64,000 nucleotides of DNA, taken from Malacoraja senta. Lineage: Eukaryota. Under the pieces are notes generated by a model. The model had not been told where the DNA came from. It saw only the letters and a list, made by a program, of their open reading frames with translations, and made no database searches. The stretch covers positions 1-64,000 of the forward strand of contig JAXLNO010000289.1 of assembly GCA_038087875.1 (NCBI GenBank). Reading direction: 5' to 3'. This document shows positions 13,690-25,432 of this stretch, in pieces (position 1 is the stretch's first letter; each line of letters opens with the position of its first letter). The position numbers and the translations under genes are program-made.

Positions 13690-16645
13690 CATTGGAAAGA
13701 ATAAAATGATTTTGAAAAGTCAAGAGAAACACCACTATTTTAGATTTTAATCAGTCGGATGTAGCAAAAACAATGACATTTGTTCCCTTTTTAGTGAAGA
13801 CACCATCATTGTAATAGGAGAACACATTTCACAATAACATTTGAAGAAGTACATCAGTGTTGCAAACTACATTTCAATCATTTAATCCCGTTCATTTAAT
13901 CCACTATTACCAATGAAGAATAATGTCTGAAGTTTACTGACCTTCTGCAGAGGAACTTGTGTGGAATTCTGGAGAAGAAGCAACGTGGCTTTGAGCCCAG
14001 CACAGGACAAGCTAAGGTTCCCTCACACTGCACAGTAACTGACACTGCCTCTTGTCAAACTAAATGACACTCCCCCTCCAGCTCAGGTTTCCGGCACCAC
14101 TGGTGTTGATACAAATGGGTTCAGATATAGAATTATATCACAAATAAAGATTCCATCCGGAATCGAACTTGCACCTTTGCGATTTTGAACATTTCGAATG
14201 AATCTCAAATGGGAGAGCCCCAGGTGCTTTGCTGCATCCTGCTGGGCCTTATGTTCCACGAGAGAGTACATGCAATCCAGGGAGGTCCTGCCATTTCATG
14301 ATGAAAAAACCTCCATAGAGTGTTTTGTTCATTAAACATGCTGGCAATTCCATTGCACCCATTAGGATAAACTGAACCATTCCCGGAGAGAGGATTGGCC
14401 CTGGTGAAAGGAGAAAGAACATACTGTTTCCTCACTTGCCTCTTAATGGGAAGGAGCCCACAGATTTCACCATGGGAAGCTTTCACTGTCCTAATGAATA
14501 CCCACCATCATTGGTCACCTGAGCAAAATCTCGATTGACATTAAAAGAAGCAAGAGTACAGAGTGTACACTGGATGTGGACCTCAGCATCCATCATTGGG
14601 AGTGGCTTGGTCACACGACCACTCACTGACATGGCCAAACCTTGAAGGATGTGTCTGCCAGGCTCTTTCTACAGCAGGTAGAGAATGAGCCAACACAAGG
14701 GATTGACCTACCTGACCTCCTCCTCTCGTGTCCACCTGCAACAGGTGAAGCTGTTGACCATGGCTTTGGAAGAAATCAGAAGACCATTGCACAGTTCTCA
14801 TTGAGGACAATGTTTTGTCATTACACCAAAGTCATCCCATATTGCTCTGATTGGCACAACAGTTTTGGATGTCATCTTCCCAAAGGAGCTACAAAGGCTG
14901 AGACATTGACTATGTTCAAGGTAGAGGATGATTGACTATAAACTCAACAGAAGTCAGGAGGCGTGGGGAAAGTGAGAAGGCGGTGTTGAGACCAATATTG
15001 GATCAGCTGTATGGGCCTGAATAATTGTGCTCCCTCAGACTTTATTCCTTGGAGTGCAGGAGGCTGAGATAGTTGAATTATTGAGAGGAATAGATAGGCT
15101 GAATGAACAGAGCCTTTTACCCAGTGTGGGGGTATCAAGAACCAGAGAACACGGGTTTGAGGTGAGATGATAAGGTTTAATATGAACACGAAGGGCATCC
15201 TTTACATTCAAAGGATAAAGGATTCAAACAAGAGGAGTTGAGTATAGAAGCAAAGACGTCCTTCTGCAGTTGTAGGGCCCTAGTGAGACCACACCTGGAG
15301 CATTGTGTGCAGTTTTGGTCCCCTAATTTGAGGAAGGACATTCTTGCTATTGAGGGAGTGCAGCACAGGTTTACAAGGTTAATTCCCGGGATGGTGGGAC
15401 TGTCATATTCTGGGAGAATGGAGCGGCTGGGCTTGTAAACTCTGGACTTTAGAAAGATGAGAGGGGATCATATTGAAACATATAAGATTATTAAGGGTTT
15501 GGACACGCTAGAGGCAGGAAACATGTTCCTGATGTTGGGAGAGTCCAGAACCAGGGACCACAGTTTAAGAATAAGGGGCAAGCCATTTAGAACGGATATG
15601 AGGAAAAACTTTTTCACACAGCGGGTTGCGAATATGTGGAATTCTCTGCGTCAGAGGGTTGTGGAGGCCGGTTTGCTGGATGCTTTCAAGAGAGAGCTAG
15701 ATAGGGCTCCTGAAGATAGTAGAGTCAGGGGATGTGGAGAAGACAGGAACAGGGTACTGATTGTGGATGATCAGCCATGATCACATTGAATGGCGGTATG
15801 GCTTACTCCTGCTCCTATTGTTTATAAAGGGTAGCAGGTATACGTGATGAGCTGCCAGGGGAGGTAGTTGAAGCAAGTACTAACATTTCAATTAAAAGGC
15901 ACTTGAACAGGTTCATGGAAAGGAAAGGATTAGAGGGATATGGGGCAAATGGACCTAAGTTTGATGAGGAAACTAGGTCAGCATTGAAGTGTTGTAGCTG
16001 TTTCTGTGCTGTACGACTGTGGTTCCATGACTCTGACTAAGTCCTGATAGCTGTGTGAGAGCATCTTCACCAAAAGTATTGCAGAACTTCAAGAAGGCAG
16101 CTCACCACCATCTTCTCGAAGGTAGTTAGGGATGGATAATAAATATTGACTTTGATGCTGATATTAGTAAAAACTAATTGGAATAAATCTTCTACTTTGC
16201 ACCATACTGTAGAATATCTGCAACGATTTATCCCAATCACTGACAAACACAGATACTTGAGCTTCTCTGTCTTTTAGTTACTATCCTTATAATAAATGCA
16301 TCCTCAGCACACACAGATATGTTCTGTTCTCACGTATTTAAAAAAAATTACACAAATAGAATTATACGGAATTACTTTTAAATGTAAAGGGTAAATAGAG
16401 AAGTTGTATCTGAAGATAACATCAGCGTAAAAGAGGAAGGACCTGTGTTAGGCCATGTTTGCACTTCTGTTTGCACCAGATAAGACAGGGTGATGATCCC
16501 AGTGTTTAGAATGTGAGAGTGACAGACAGTGTGGGTTGGAGGGGTAAATGAGACAGACCCAGGAGCTGGGGAAAAATATCAAAACAGAGGGTTAGCAGCA
16601 ATAAAAATGAATTGTATTTCTCTGCAGAATTCACACAATATGGGG
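13690..16645 (+). repeat. Copy 1 of a ~3-kb direct segmental duplication (includes CR1 3' remnants at about 15090-16030)
   Basis: Colinear, highly similar match to 37020..39945, from GGAAAGAATAAAATG to CTCTGCAGAATTCAC; paired ORF translations are nearly identical. Confidence 0.92.
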
Positions 16646-16680
16646 GAAATCAGATTCAGATTCAGATTCAACTTTATTGT

Positions 16681-18075
16681 CATGCACACCAGTGGCCAGC
16701 CCTACGACTGCACGTACTGCGGTGAGGAGTTTGACAGCTCGCGGGGGTTGCAGCTGCACAGGAGGACCCATGCTGGCGAGAAGCTGCTCCCACTGTGACA
16801 AGAGAGCACGGGGAGCCGCAGCGGTACACATCGGAGAGAGACCCTATGTGTGCGCTGAGTGTGGCAAGGGTTTCACCCGCATGAGGAGGAGGAGCCATCT
16901 TGGTGAACGGCTGCTAATCAGCAGCCGTCCGTTTTTCACTTTTTTTTTGTAGTTTTAGTTAGTCTTGTGTGCTGTCTGTAGGAGAACTAGACTTTTAATG
17001 TAGGGGCAAGGGGGTAACCTTATTTCTAGGTCCATACCTGGTCGGTGAGGCAGCTTTTTCTCCGGGCTGCCCCGTCGACCCGTCCTGGTGGCCTACCAGC
17101 GGGCGTGGAGCGCCGTTTCCTGGCGGGGACCGTCCAGCACCTTCAGCTTCGGTGGCGGCACAGCGCTGGAGCGCTATCGCGGAGCGGAGCGGGCGATGCC
17201 TTGCCTGGGTCGCCGCGCTGGATCGACGCGCTGGAGCTCCGGTGAGCTGTGACCGCCGAGCTCAATACCTCCGGGCTGCGGGTCTGCGGAGCGGAGCGGG
17301 CGGCGCCGACTTCAACATTGGGAGCCTGGGAGCTCCAAACCGGCGCGGCCTTGTCGGTTTCGGAAGCTGCGGTCTACGGCAATGGAAGCGGCCGTTCCAG
17401 GTGGCCCAGCCGCTGAGAGGACTCTCCTGACGCCGGGGCAACAGCACCCGGCGTGAACGGCCAGGAACATTGGGCCTCCATAGAGGCAATAGCGGAGGCC
17501 TCAATAGGCCTGACTGTGGGAGAACTGGGGATGGGGACTGGACATTGTACCTTCCCCCACAGTGGTAACCATTGTGGGGGGGATGATTTTTGTATGTAGT
17601 GTCTATTTTAGTCTGTGTCCAAGATGGTGGTCGGAAGGGAGAGTGGACGCTGGCGCGGTTTAGCTGCCGCTGCTCTCTCTTCACATTGTGTTTCTTATTT
17701 TTTTTTTGTGTCTTTGGATCGAATTCTGTCTTTAATTTGTGTATTGGTGATGACTTTATAATTTATTTTACTCCGATTATTTGTTTCTTACTTTTTAAAC
17801 TCTGTAAGGTGTCCTTGAGACTTTGGTATAAGGCGCCCATAAATAAAATGTATTATTATTATTATTATTATGATGTCCAGCCTATGGCAGCACCGGCGTA
17901 CCCACAGCGGTGAGCGTCCCTTCCCCTGCCCGTCCTGTGGTAAGGGCTTCACCCGCCTTGACCACCTGCTGGAGCACCGGCGAGTTCACACCGGCCAGCG
18001 CCCCTTCAGTTGCCCGCTCTGTGGCAAGGCCTTTGCCCGCTCCTCCAGCCTGTTGGCACACCGCCACGTGGATAG
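16681..18075 (+). pseudogene. C2H2 zinc-finger gene 3' remnant, interrupted by a ~1-kb insertion
   Basis: [53 protein letters not shown] and [10 protein letters not shown]; frameshift/stop near 16796; 5' part missing. Confidence 0.88.
16884..17872 (+). mobile_element. Non-autonomous, ORF-less retroelement with an L2-like 3' tail
   Basis: Interrupts CGCATG|TCCAG of the zinc finger (paralog near 28960 is uninterrupted). GC/CpG-rich body; ends TGTAAGGTGTCCTTGAG..AAGGCGCCCATAAATAAAATG(TAT)n. Confidence 0.75.
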
Positions 18076-18361
18076 GCGCTGTTTAGGTAGACACAATGCT
18101 GGAAGGAATGGGTAACATTTTGGGTCGTTTCTTCCATCACACATTTCTTCTCGTCAGTGATGCTGCCTGTCCCGACGAGTTACTCCAGCACTTTGTGTCC
18201 TTTTTTGTAAACAGCATCTGCAGTTCCTAGTTTTAAACCATTCTGGTTAACCATCTCTGCACCTTCCCCAAAGCCTCCACATCAGTCCTGTAATGGAGTG
18301 ACCAGAACTGTATGCAATACTCCAAATGCTACCTGACCAATGTCCCTTAAAGCTGCACATA

Positions 18362-18660
18362 TACTTTTCTCTCTCCCCCCTCCCTCCACTCTCCCCCTCA
18401 CTCGTACACAAATTCTCTCCACTCCACCCTCTCGTGCCCCGCTCCTCTCTATCACACATTCCCTCTCTCGCTCCCTCTCTCACACTCCCTCTCTCACACG
18501 CACACACACTCCCTCTCTCTCTTGCTCTCTCTCACACATTCCCTCTCACACACACCCTCTCTCTCTTGCTCTCTCTCACACACTCCCTCTGTCTCTTGCT
18601 CTCTTTCTCGCACGCACTCTCACTAACACACACACACACTCTCTCACTCATGCGCACGCA
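18362..18660. repeat. CT/CA-rich low-complexity tract
   Basis: Degenerate (CT)n/(CA)n sequence. Confidence 0.85.
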
Positions 18661-18684
18661 CCGAAAACCTCCGCTTGGTTTGCA

Positions 18685-19080
18685 ATAACCAACCTGATCT
18701 CCCGGTGGCTCAGCACTTCAACTCCCCATCCCATTCCGAATCCTAACTTTCTGTCCTGGGCCTCCTCCATGGTCAGAGTGAGGACCACCGCAAATTGGAG
18801 GAGCAGCACCTCATATTTCGCTTGGGCAGTTTGCACCCCAGCGGTATGAACATTGACTTCTCTAATTTCAGGTGGTCCCTACTATCTCCTCCCCTTCTCA
18901 GCTCTCCCTGAGCCCACTGGCTCCACCTCTTCCTTTCTTCTTCCCATCCCCCCCACCCTCACATCAGTCTGAAGAAGGGTTTCGACCCGAAACATTTCCT
19001 TCGCTCCATAGATGATGCCTCACCTGCTGAGTTTCTCCAGCATTTTTGTCTCCGATTTTCCAGCATCTGCAGTTCCTTCT
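18685..19080 (+). mobile_element. Penelope-like element 3' end (GIY-YIG C-terminus plus pseudo-LTR with hammerhead motif)
   Basis: PVAQHFNSPSHS..SVLGLLHGQSE..RKLEEQHLIFRLGSL..GMNIDFSNF; CTGAAGAAGGGTTTCGACCCGAAAC at 18969-18993. Confidence 0.8.
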
Positions 19081-20067
19081 AAGGCATTTTAAAGCGTTGT
19101 TTTTTATAGAACGTTTTGGCGCACTTGTGCCATACGTAACAAATAAAGCAAGTTTATCCTGACTGCACTGTGAAATAATTTAATTTGGTCAAGTTTGGTT
19201 CGTAAATAAAAAATGGATATTTGCTGAAAAACAAAAAGCAGTCAAATTTAAAAGAGAATTTTCCCAGCAGAATAAATTCTGGGAAAGTCTTAGAAGCTTG
19301 GTTTATACTAATCACTGAAACAATGTATTAACAATGTATTAACATAGAGATGTATTGTCTGGGCACAGCACCATATTAGATATCTGTCTGAACTCCCTGT
19401 CCCAGCTAAGGACAAGGTAGTGCCTTTCATCCAAGTCTTACAAGCTTGTTTTAGTTCACAGACGGATGCCCATTCTGGAACCAAGATGGAAGCCATTTGA
19501 AAAAAAAATGGAGTTAGTTGTCCTTCCGGAATGGGCAGCTGTACTGAAGCTGTGCCAGGATTTGAGAATAAGGCTGACATTGCAAATATATGGGTCAAGT
19601 CTCCCTTGTTTCCCTTTGGCTACGGATCTTTCACTCAGATTTAGGTGTGTTTTATTGATAAGAAAATGTATAATTACACTAACTTTCCTTTGTTCTTTGA
19701 GTGGAGCCCAAGAAGCACTGAGCAACGTGTGTGCTCTTTGTAGATCTCGCCACTCCCGTCTGGCAAATTGATTAAAAGATTGCTTTGGTTTACTTTTAAC
19801 AATTTTGTTGCTGTTTGCTTTCTTTAACAGACGAACTTTGACAACTGTGCTCTTTGGAATTCTGCAAAATTAAGGTTGCACTATCAATAATGAAAGAAAA
19901 TCCCAACCATCCAGGAATGATCAGAAATTATTTTCACCTCCATGCATATCTGTAGCCGTAGGGCAGTCGGACACCTCCCCACTACTTCAAACATAGTTCC
20001 TGCACTTGGCAATATCGTTTGGTGTTTGGCAGCTGAAACGCGGCGGCAGGACTAGACAGCCCGGCAC

Positions 20068-20345
20068 CCGGGTGAATCACCCCATGTGTGGGTCCGGGGG
20101 TGAATCACCCCATGTGGGGGTCCTTGGGTGAATCACCCCATGTGGGGGTCCGGGGGTGAATCACCCGATGTGTGGGTCGGGGGATGAATCACCCCATGTT
20201 GAGGTCGGGGGATGAATCACCCCATGTGGGGGTCGGGTGGGGGGGTGGTAAATCACCCCATGTGGGGGTCGGCGGATGAATCACGCTGGTGTGTGGGTCG
20301 GGGGGGCATGAATCACCCCGGTGTGTGGGTCGGGTGAATCACTCT
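20068..20345. repeat. GC-rich minisatellite, ~29-32-bp unit, about 9 copies
   Basis: Unit approximately GGGGTGAATCACCCCATGTGGGGGTCC. Confidence 0.9.
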
Positions 20346-20796
20346 GGTAGGGGGGTCGTGGTGCCGGTGCAGTGACTCTGGGTGGGTGGAGGGACCAGAC
20401 TCCCCAACTCTGCTGCAGCTGACGGGGATGTTGCTGGGTTTATGGCCCCGTGTGTCCGCTGCCCGGAGCCGCGGCCCGTGACAGTGCGGTGGGAGCCAGC
20501 TTGGTGGTGTAAGGGATGGGAGCCCCTGTCCCACTTAGGAAACCTGAAAGGAAACCTCTGGTGACCTTGCGCCCCACCCAAGGTTTCCGTGAGGTTCCCG
20601 GAGGTTTTGATCACTCCCCCTAATAGTCGAAAGTGGTTTTCGCGTAGTCGAGGCTTCTATGTTCCTGCGATTATTTCAACAAATATAAAACCGGCCTCGA
20701 CTAAAATTAAGTTGCCGTTTGGTCGAAGCCAGTGGAGTGGAGTCACTATTTACTTACCGGCAGTCGAAGACCATCTCCTTTGCTGACCGGCCATTT

Positions 20797-21662
20797 TCAA
20801 TCAATCAATCAATCAATCAATCAAGACTTTATTGTCATTCAGAAATACATCAATAAATGCGAGTCAGAACGAAATGTTGTTGCATCTGGCTCCCCGTGCA
20901 ACATAAAATAACAAAAGGATAAAATGGATAAAAAGATAAAATGGATAATAAAGATGGCATTCAAGAGTCTGATTGCTCGGGGGAAGTAGCTGTTGCAAAA
21001 CCTGGTCGTTCTGCTCCTTATACTACGATATCTTTTGCTCGAGGGCAGCAGAGTGAACAGTCCATGATGGAGATATGTGGGGTCCTTTATAATACTGTTC
21101 GCCTTAGACTAGCAACGTTTGCACACAATGTCCCGATTGAAGGGAGAGAAGTCCAGATGATTTTTTCAGCCGTCCTTACCACTCTCTGCACGGACTTCCA
21201 GTCGGAGGCTTTACAATCCCCAAACCAGACAGGGATGCAGCTGGTCAAAATGTTCTCTACGGTGCCCCTGTAGAAAGTGGTGAGGACGGGATGGCGGAGG
21301 TGAGCTCTTCTCATCCGGCGCAGAAAGTGCAACCGCTGTTGCGCTCTCTTAACTAATGATGTGATGTTTTGTGACCAGGTCAGACTGTTCGTGATCTGCA
21401 CCCCCAGGAACTTAGTGCTACTGACCAACTCCACATCGCTGTCATTAATGTGAAGTGGTGTGTGACTGCCGGTTTTTCCTGAAGTCAACGATGACCTCCT
21501 TTGTTTTGTCAACATTCAGGATCAGATTGTTCGTGTTGCATCAGTCCACCAGTTGTTTCACCTCCTCCCTGTAAGCAAGCTCATTGTCGTCCCAGATAAG
21601 GCCCACCACTGTTGTGTCATCTGCGTACTTCATGATGTGGTTTGTACTAATCCTGGCACAAC
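20797..21662 (-). mobile_element. Rex1/Babar LINE 3' fragment nested in the MITE
   Basis: KYADDTTVVGLI near 21600-21630; ORF 21087..21515 (KFLGVQI, KRAQQRLHFLRR, LQRVVRTAEKII-like); (TTGA)n tail at 20797-20824. Confidence 0.85.
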
Positions 21663-21940
21663 TTTGATTGGATCATTGGAGTTTTCAGCAAAGGTCCTAT
21701 AGGATCTTTGGTAAAATGCCCACAAACTTTATTAAACTTCTTAAAACTGTCTTCACTCCTTCCCCCCTCTCTCCCCTTTTCACCCCTTCTCTCTCCCCTT
21801 CTCTCCCCTTCTTTCCCCTTCTCTCCTTCTCTCCCGCACTCTCTAAAGGACTTACGGTGCTCTGTGGCAGCCGTTCACCTTCCTCTTCATCGCGAAGACA
21901 GCGCTCCTCCGGTGTCCCTGGCCCCCACCTTCACGATGTG

Positions 21941-21943
<3 letters not shown>

Positions 21944-22024
<81 letters not shown>
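21944..22024. repeat. (GT)n microsatellite
   Basis: Perfect dinucleotide run. Confidence 0.98.
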
Positions 22025-22025
<1 letters not shown>

Positions 22026-22180
22026 GTCGGTAGCAAAGATCTTTGGTGAGTAGATGCAGGTCTCGCAACGGTCGAGGCTTTCCATACGAGTGACCAAATC
22101 CTCTGCCGACTCATGGAAACCTTGGGTGGGGCGCAAGGTCACCAGAGGTTAATGTTCAGGTATCCTAAGTGGGATAGGGG

Positions 22181-22565
22181 AGGGATGGGTCGTGGCCAGC
22201 TTGGAGTAGTAAGGGGAATGGAAGGTAGCGTTCTTGGAGGATTAACGAATGGGGGGTACTCACCTAGGGGAGTACCGGATGTGATGTAGCCAGCTTGGGG
22301 GATAAGGTATGGAGGTGGCCAGTCTGGGGGAAATGAGAGATGGGAGGTTGCCAGCTTTGGGTAGTAATGGGGATTGGGAGGTAGCCAGCTTGGGGGAGTA
22401 AGGAGTATCAGAGGTCGCCAGCTTGGGGGAGTAAGGGGATTGGGAGGTAGCCAGGTTGGGGGAGTAAGAGGAATGAGAGGTAGCCTGCTTGCGGGAGTAA
22501 GGGATGAGCGGTAGCCAGCTTGGGGGTGTAAGGGGAAAGGAGGTAGCCAGCTTGGTGGAGTAAGT
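22181..22565. repeat. G-rich minisatellite, ~33-bp unit
   Basis: Unit approximately GTAGCCAGCTTGGGGGAGTAAGGGGATTGGGAG; one further unit lies left of the MITE (about 20495-20521). Confidence 0.85.
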
Positions 22566-22639
22566 TTGTTGTTCTGCACATCGATCGGGAGGCGATGAAA
22601 TTGCTCGTTCACACACAGCCGCCAGAGCAAACAGTCTAC

Positions 22640-24148
22640 AGATGCGGGTCGGGACAGGGGAGACGAGCTCAGCCTTCCAAGCCTCAATCCAAGCTCAGGC
22701 TTCCTCCAGCTCATCCTAGCCCCGATGGGCCGAGTGCTGCCGCCTTCCTCCCTGGACAACTGAGGGGAAAAACACCCGAATCCCTCAGGGAATGCCCCCG
22801 CCCTGTCTTTGAAATCAAGCCATCACAATTGTGCACGATCAGTCAACATTATCCTTTTTTTGAATATATACTAGACCAAGTAGGACACGTTGTGTCCCAT
22901 CCCCTCAACACACGGTTGTGGCATCAGACACACACACAGACAGGGGGGTAAGAGACAAGGGGGAGAGACAAGGGGGGAGAGAGGGGGGGTGAGAGGAGGG
23001 GGATAAGGAGAGATAGCGGGGAGGGGCGGAGAGAGGAGGGGGTATAGAGGAGGGGTAGAGATGGGGGCAGAGAGGGGGAAGAGAGGATGGGGAGAGGAGA
23101 GGTAGCGGGGAGGGTGGAGAGAGGAGGGGGGGAGAGTAGGGACACAAAGGAGGGCGAGGAGGAGGTGTGCGGCGGGGGGCAGCGGGGAGGAGCGGGGAAG
23201 GGCAGCGGGCAACGGGGAAGAGCGGGGGGCATCGAGGGGAGCGGGTGTCAACCAGACGACTGCGAGTTGGGTGGGGGTGTGTGTGACGTCACTCGCAGTG
23301 TGTGGAACACAGCGCAGGTCGTGCGCAGCAGATCCATTGTGACGTCATCAGCAAGACCATCTCGTTTAATTTCAAAGTTTTCTCGGATTTGTGAACATTT
23401 TCACAAATAACTCGAGAAATAAAGCACGAATTTTTCAGATAAGGCTGTTTAGGACTCCAGGAGGAAAGTCTCTACAGGAATATGTTAAAATGTTCCTGTT
23501 AACACATCGTTTTTTCACGAAGATGTGATTACACACAAATATCACACACACAAATAAACACATATCTAAGATTAGAGTTTTATCATTGTAGAGATATAGA
23601 GGAATGCTTATCAAGTTCAAGTTGGAATTTATTGTCGCATGTACCAATGAGGGAGAGAGAGAGCAAACAGTGTACATACTGTGATGACAAACGCAATAAA
23701 TGCAATATCCAGTGCAGAACAGTGCAAGATTGCGTTGCAGAAAGCCCGAGGCAGCACGGACGAGAGGAGCCGAAGGGCCAGTCTCCGGGCAGGGTGACCA
23801 CGGACGCTGTCCGTGCACGCTTCCCACTCCGTGGTGGACCGGATGCGGGTCGGGGCAGGGGAGGCGAGCTCAGCCTTCCAAGCCTCAATCCAAGTTCAGC
23901 CTTCCTCCCGCGCATCCTAGCCCCGACGGGCCGAGTGCCGCCGCCTTCTTCCCCGGACAACAACCGAGGAGAAAAACACAGACGAAACCTCTTCCAACCA
24001 CATGAATCATTCAAGGAATGCCCCTGTCCTGTCCTGTCTTTTCAGCTGTCACAATTGTGCACAATCAGTCAGTATTATCCTTTTAAAAAAATATATAGAC
24101 GAAAGCTGATCAAGTTCAATTTGGAATTTATTGTCACATGCACCAATT
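22640..24148 (+). repeat. Local direct duplication of a ~300-bp unit (22640-23648, split by the Helitron, and 23841-24148)
   Basis: GATGCGGGTCGGG..CGAGCTCAGCCTTCCAAGCCTCAATCCAAG..TCACAATTGTGCAC..ATCAAGTTCAA occurs twice. Confidence 0.85.
22871..23594 (-). mobile_element. Non-autonomous Helitron
   Basis: Minus strand reads A|TC...GGACACAACGTGTCC hairpin (22883-22897)..CTAG|T. It has no TSD and sits in an AT dinucleotide; the paralogous site near 24090 is empty. Confidence 0.82.
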
Positions 24149-24399
24149 ATGGTACAGTGATATTTGAGTTACCATACAGCCATACTGAGTAAAAAGCAAC
24201 AAGACACACAGCCACATAAAATAAAATCTAACATAAACACCCACCACAGCGGAATCCACATTCCTCACTGTGATGGAAGGTAATAAGGTTCAATCATCTT
24301 CCCCTTTTGTTCACCTGTGGTTGGGGCTGTTGAATCCTCCGCAGTCGCCGCTCACTGCCGACACTCTACATAAAAGTCCCTTTAAACTTCCATGATCCA

Positions 24400-24830
24400 A
24401 AGACATCCTCATGAAGAAGGCCTATGCTTGGACAGCTATCCAGCATAGAAGACGCGAAAGCATAGCGGGATTTTGCGATATTTCTTAGAAGTATGATATA
24501 AATGACTACCCTCTTAGACCATATGCAAGAAATGAATGTTGTCAGCAATATGAAAATGATCACTCTAAAACTGCCCTATAGACTTAGAGAAAAGATAAAG
24601 CTGGTCTGTTAATGGAAAATGAGAATCGAGAAGCCATGCTTCCTGATCTGGGGAAATTCATAGAAAGGAAAGTACGGTTCATGTCAAATTTACGATATGG
24701 GAGTATTCAAGATCCTAAACCAATCGCAACTGTTAAAGGTTCTACCTTTACTAAAACAAAAGGAAGATCAGGACCTAAGGGAAGTAGTTTTGATTCCGCT
24801 GTAAATACCTGCAGAAACGAAAGGCCAAAA
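24400..24830 (+). pseudogene. Decayed BEL/Pao gag remnant
   Basis: EDAKA*RDFAIFLRS..MQEMNVVSNMKMITLKLPYRLREK..DLGKFIERKVR resembles the BEL Gag region downstream of DUF1759. Confidence 0.6.
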
Positions 24831-25049
24831 GGAAGATACATCTACTGTTAAGCCAAGATGGTTCTGCTTGTCATCCAGCGAGAAGAAGACAGAGGAATGA
24901 CAAAGAGATGACCCACGAGGGAGGGGAGGGGGCTGTTGACGACTGGTCAGCTCGGACCTTGCATCCCATCCCAAGAATGGGCACCGCAATCTTGACAGGG
25001 CCAAGGAGAGCTTGTAATAGGAACACTTCTCCATCCGTTTCTCACCACG

Positions 25050-25415
25050 GATGGCTGACTTGCTGAGTTCTACCGGTACTTTGGAGGGGAATGGACAGGT
25101 GACGTGTCGGGTCTGGACCCTTCTTTGGACTGATGGAGTCGGGGGAGAAAGCTGGAAAAAAGAGATGGGGTTGGGACAGACTCCAGGACTTGATTAGGAG
25201 GGGGGGTCTCCTTAATTTGAAGAATTCGATGTTCATCTCCTTGGGCTGTAAGCTATGAGATGCTGTTCCACCAGTTTGCGTGTCACCTCACTCTGGCAAT
25301 GGAGGAGGCCCAGGACAGAAACATCAGTGTGGGAGTAGGAAGGGGAGTTAAAATGGTTGGCAACCGGGAGATCCAGCAGGCCTTGGAGGACCGAGCGCAC
25401 GTGTAGGGTGAAATA
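25050..25415 (-). mobile_element. Penelope-like element 3' fragment
   Basis: LDLPVANHFNSPSYSHTDVSVLGLLHCQSEVTRKLVEQHLI; degenerate hammerhead motif near 25100-25130. Confidence 0.75.
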
Positions 25416-25432
25416 CACACCTAGTCCCTGAT

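Larger units (their letters stand above)
20522..22180. mobile_element. Non-autonomous DNA transposon (MITE; PIF/Harbinger-like termini, superfamily uncertain) with ~70-bp TIRs
   Basis: Left end CCCCTGTCCCACTTAGGAAACCTGAA..AACCTCTGGTGACCTTGCGCCCCACCCAAGGTTTCC matches the reverse complement of 22107-22180; contains a nested Rex1 fragment and a (GT)n tract. Confidence 0.78.

Noticed and set aside
13942..14400. Assignment of the candidate exon to Ig or SRCR domains
   Set aside because: Cys/Trp spacing does not convincingly fit either, so it is left unassigned.
19130..19980. Non-repeat-looking stretch with a possible acceptor at 19830
   Set aside because: All downstream frames close quickly and I recognised no motif.
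20068..22565. Short regular repeats as a CRISPR array
   Set aside because: Units are contiguous and degenerate with no unique spacers, there are no cas genes, and the context is eukaryotic.
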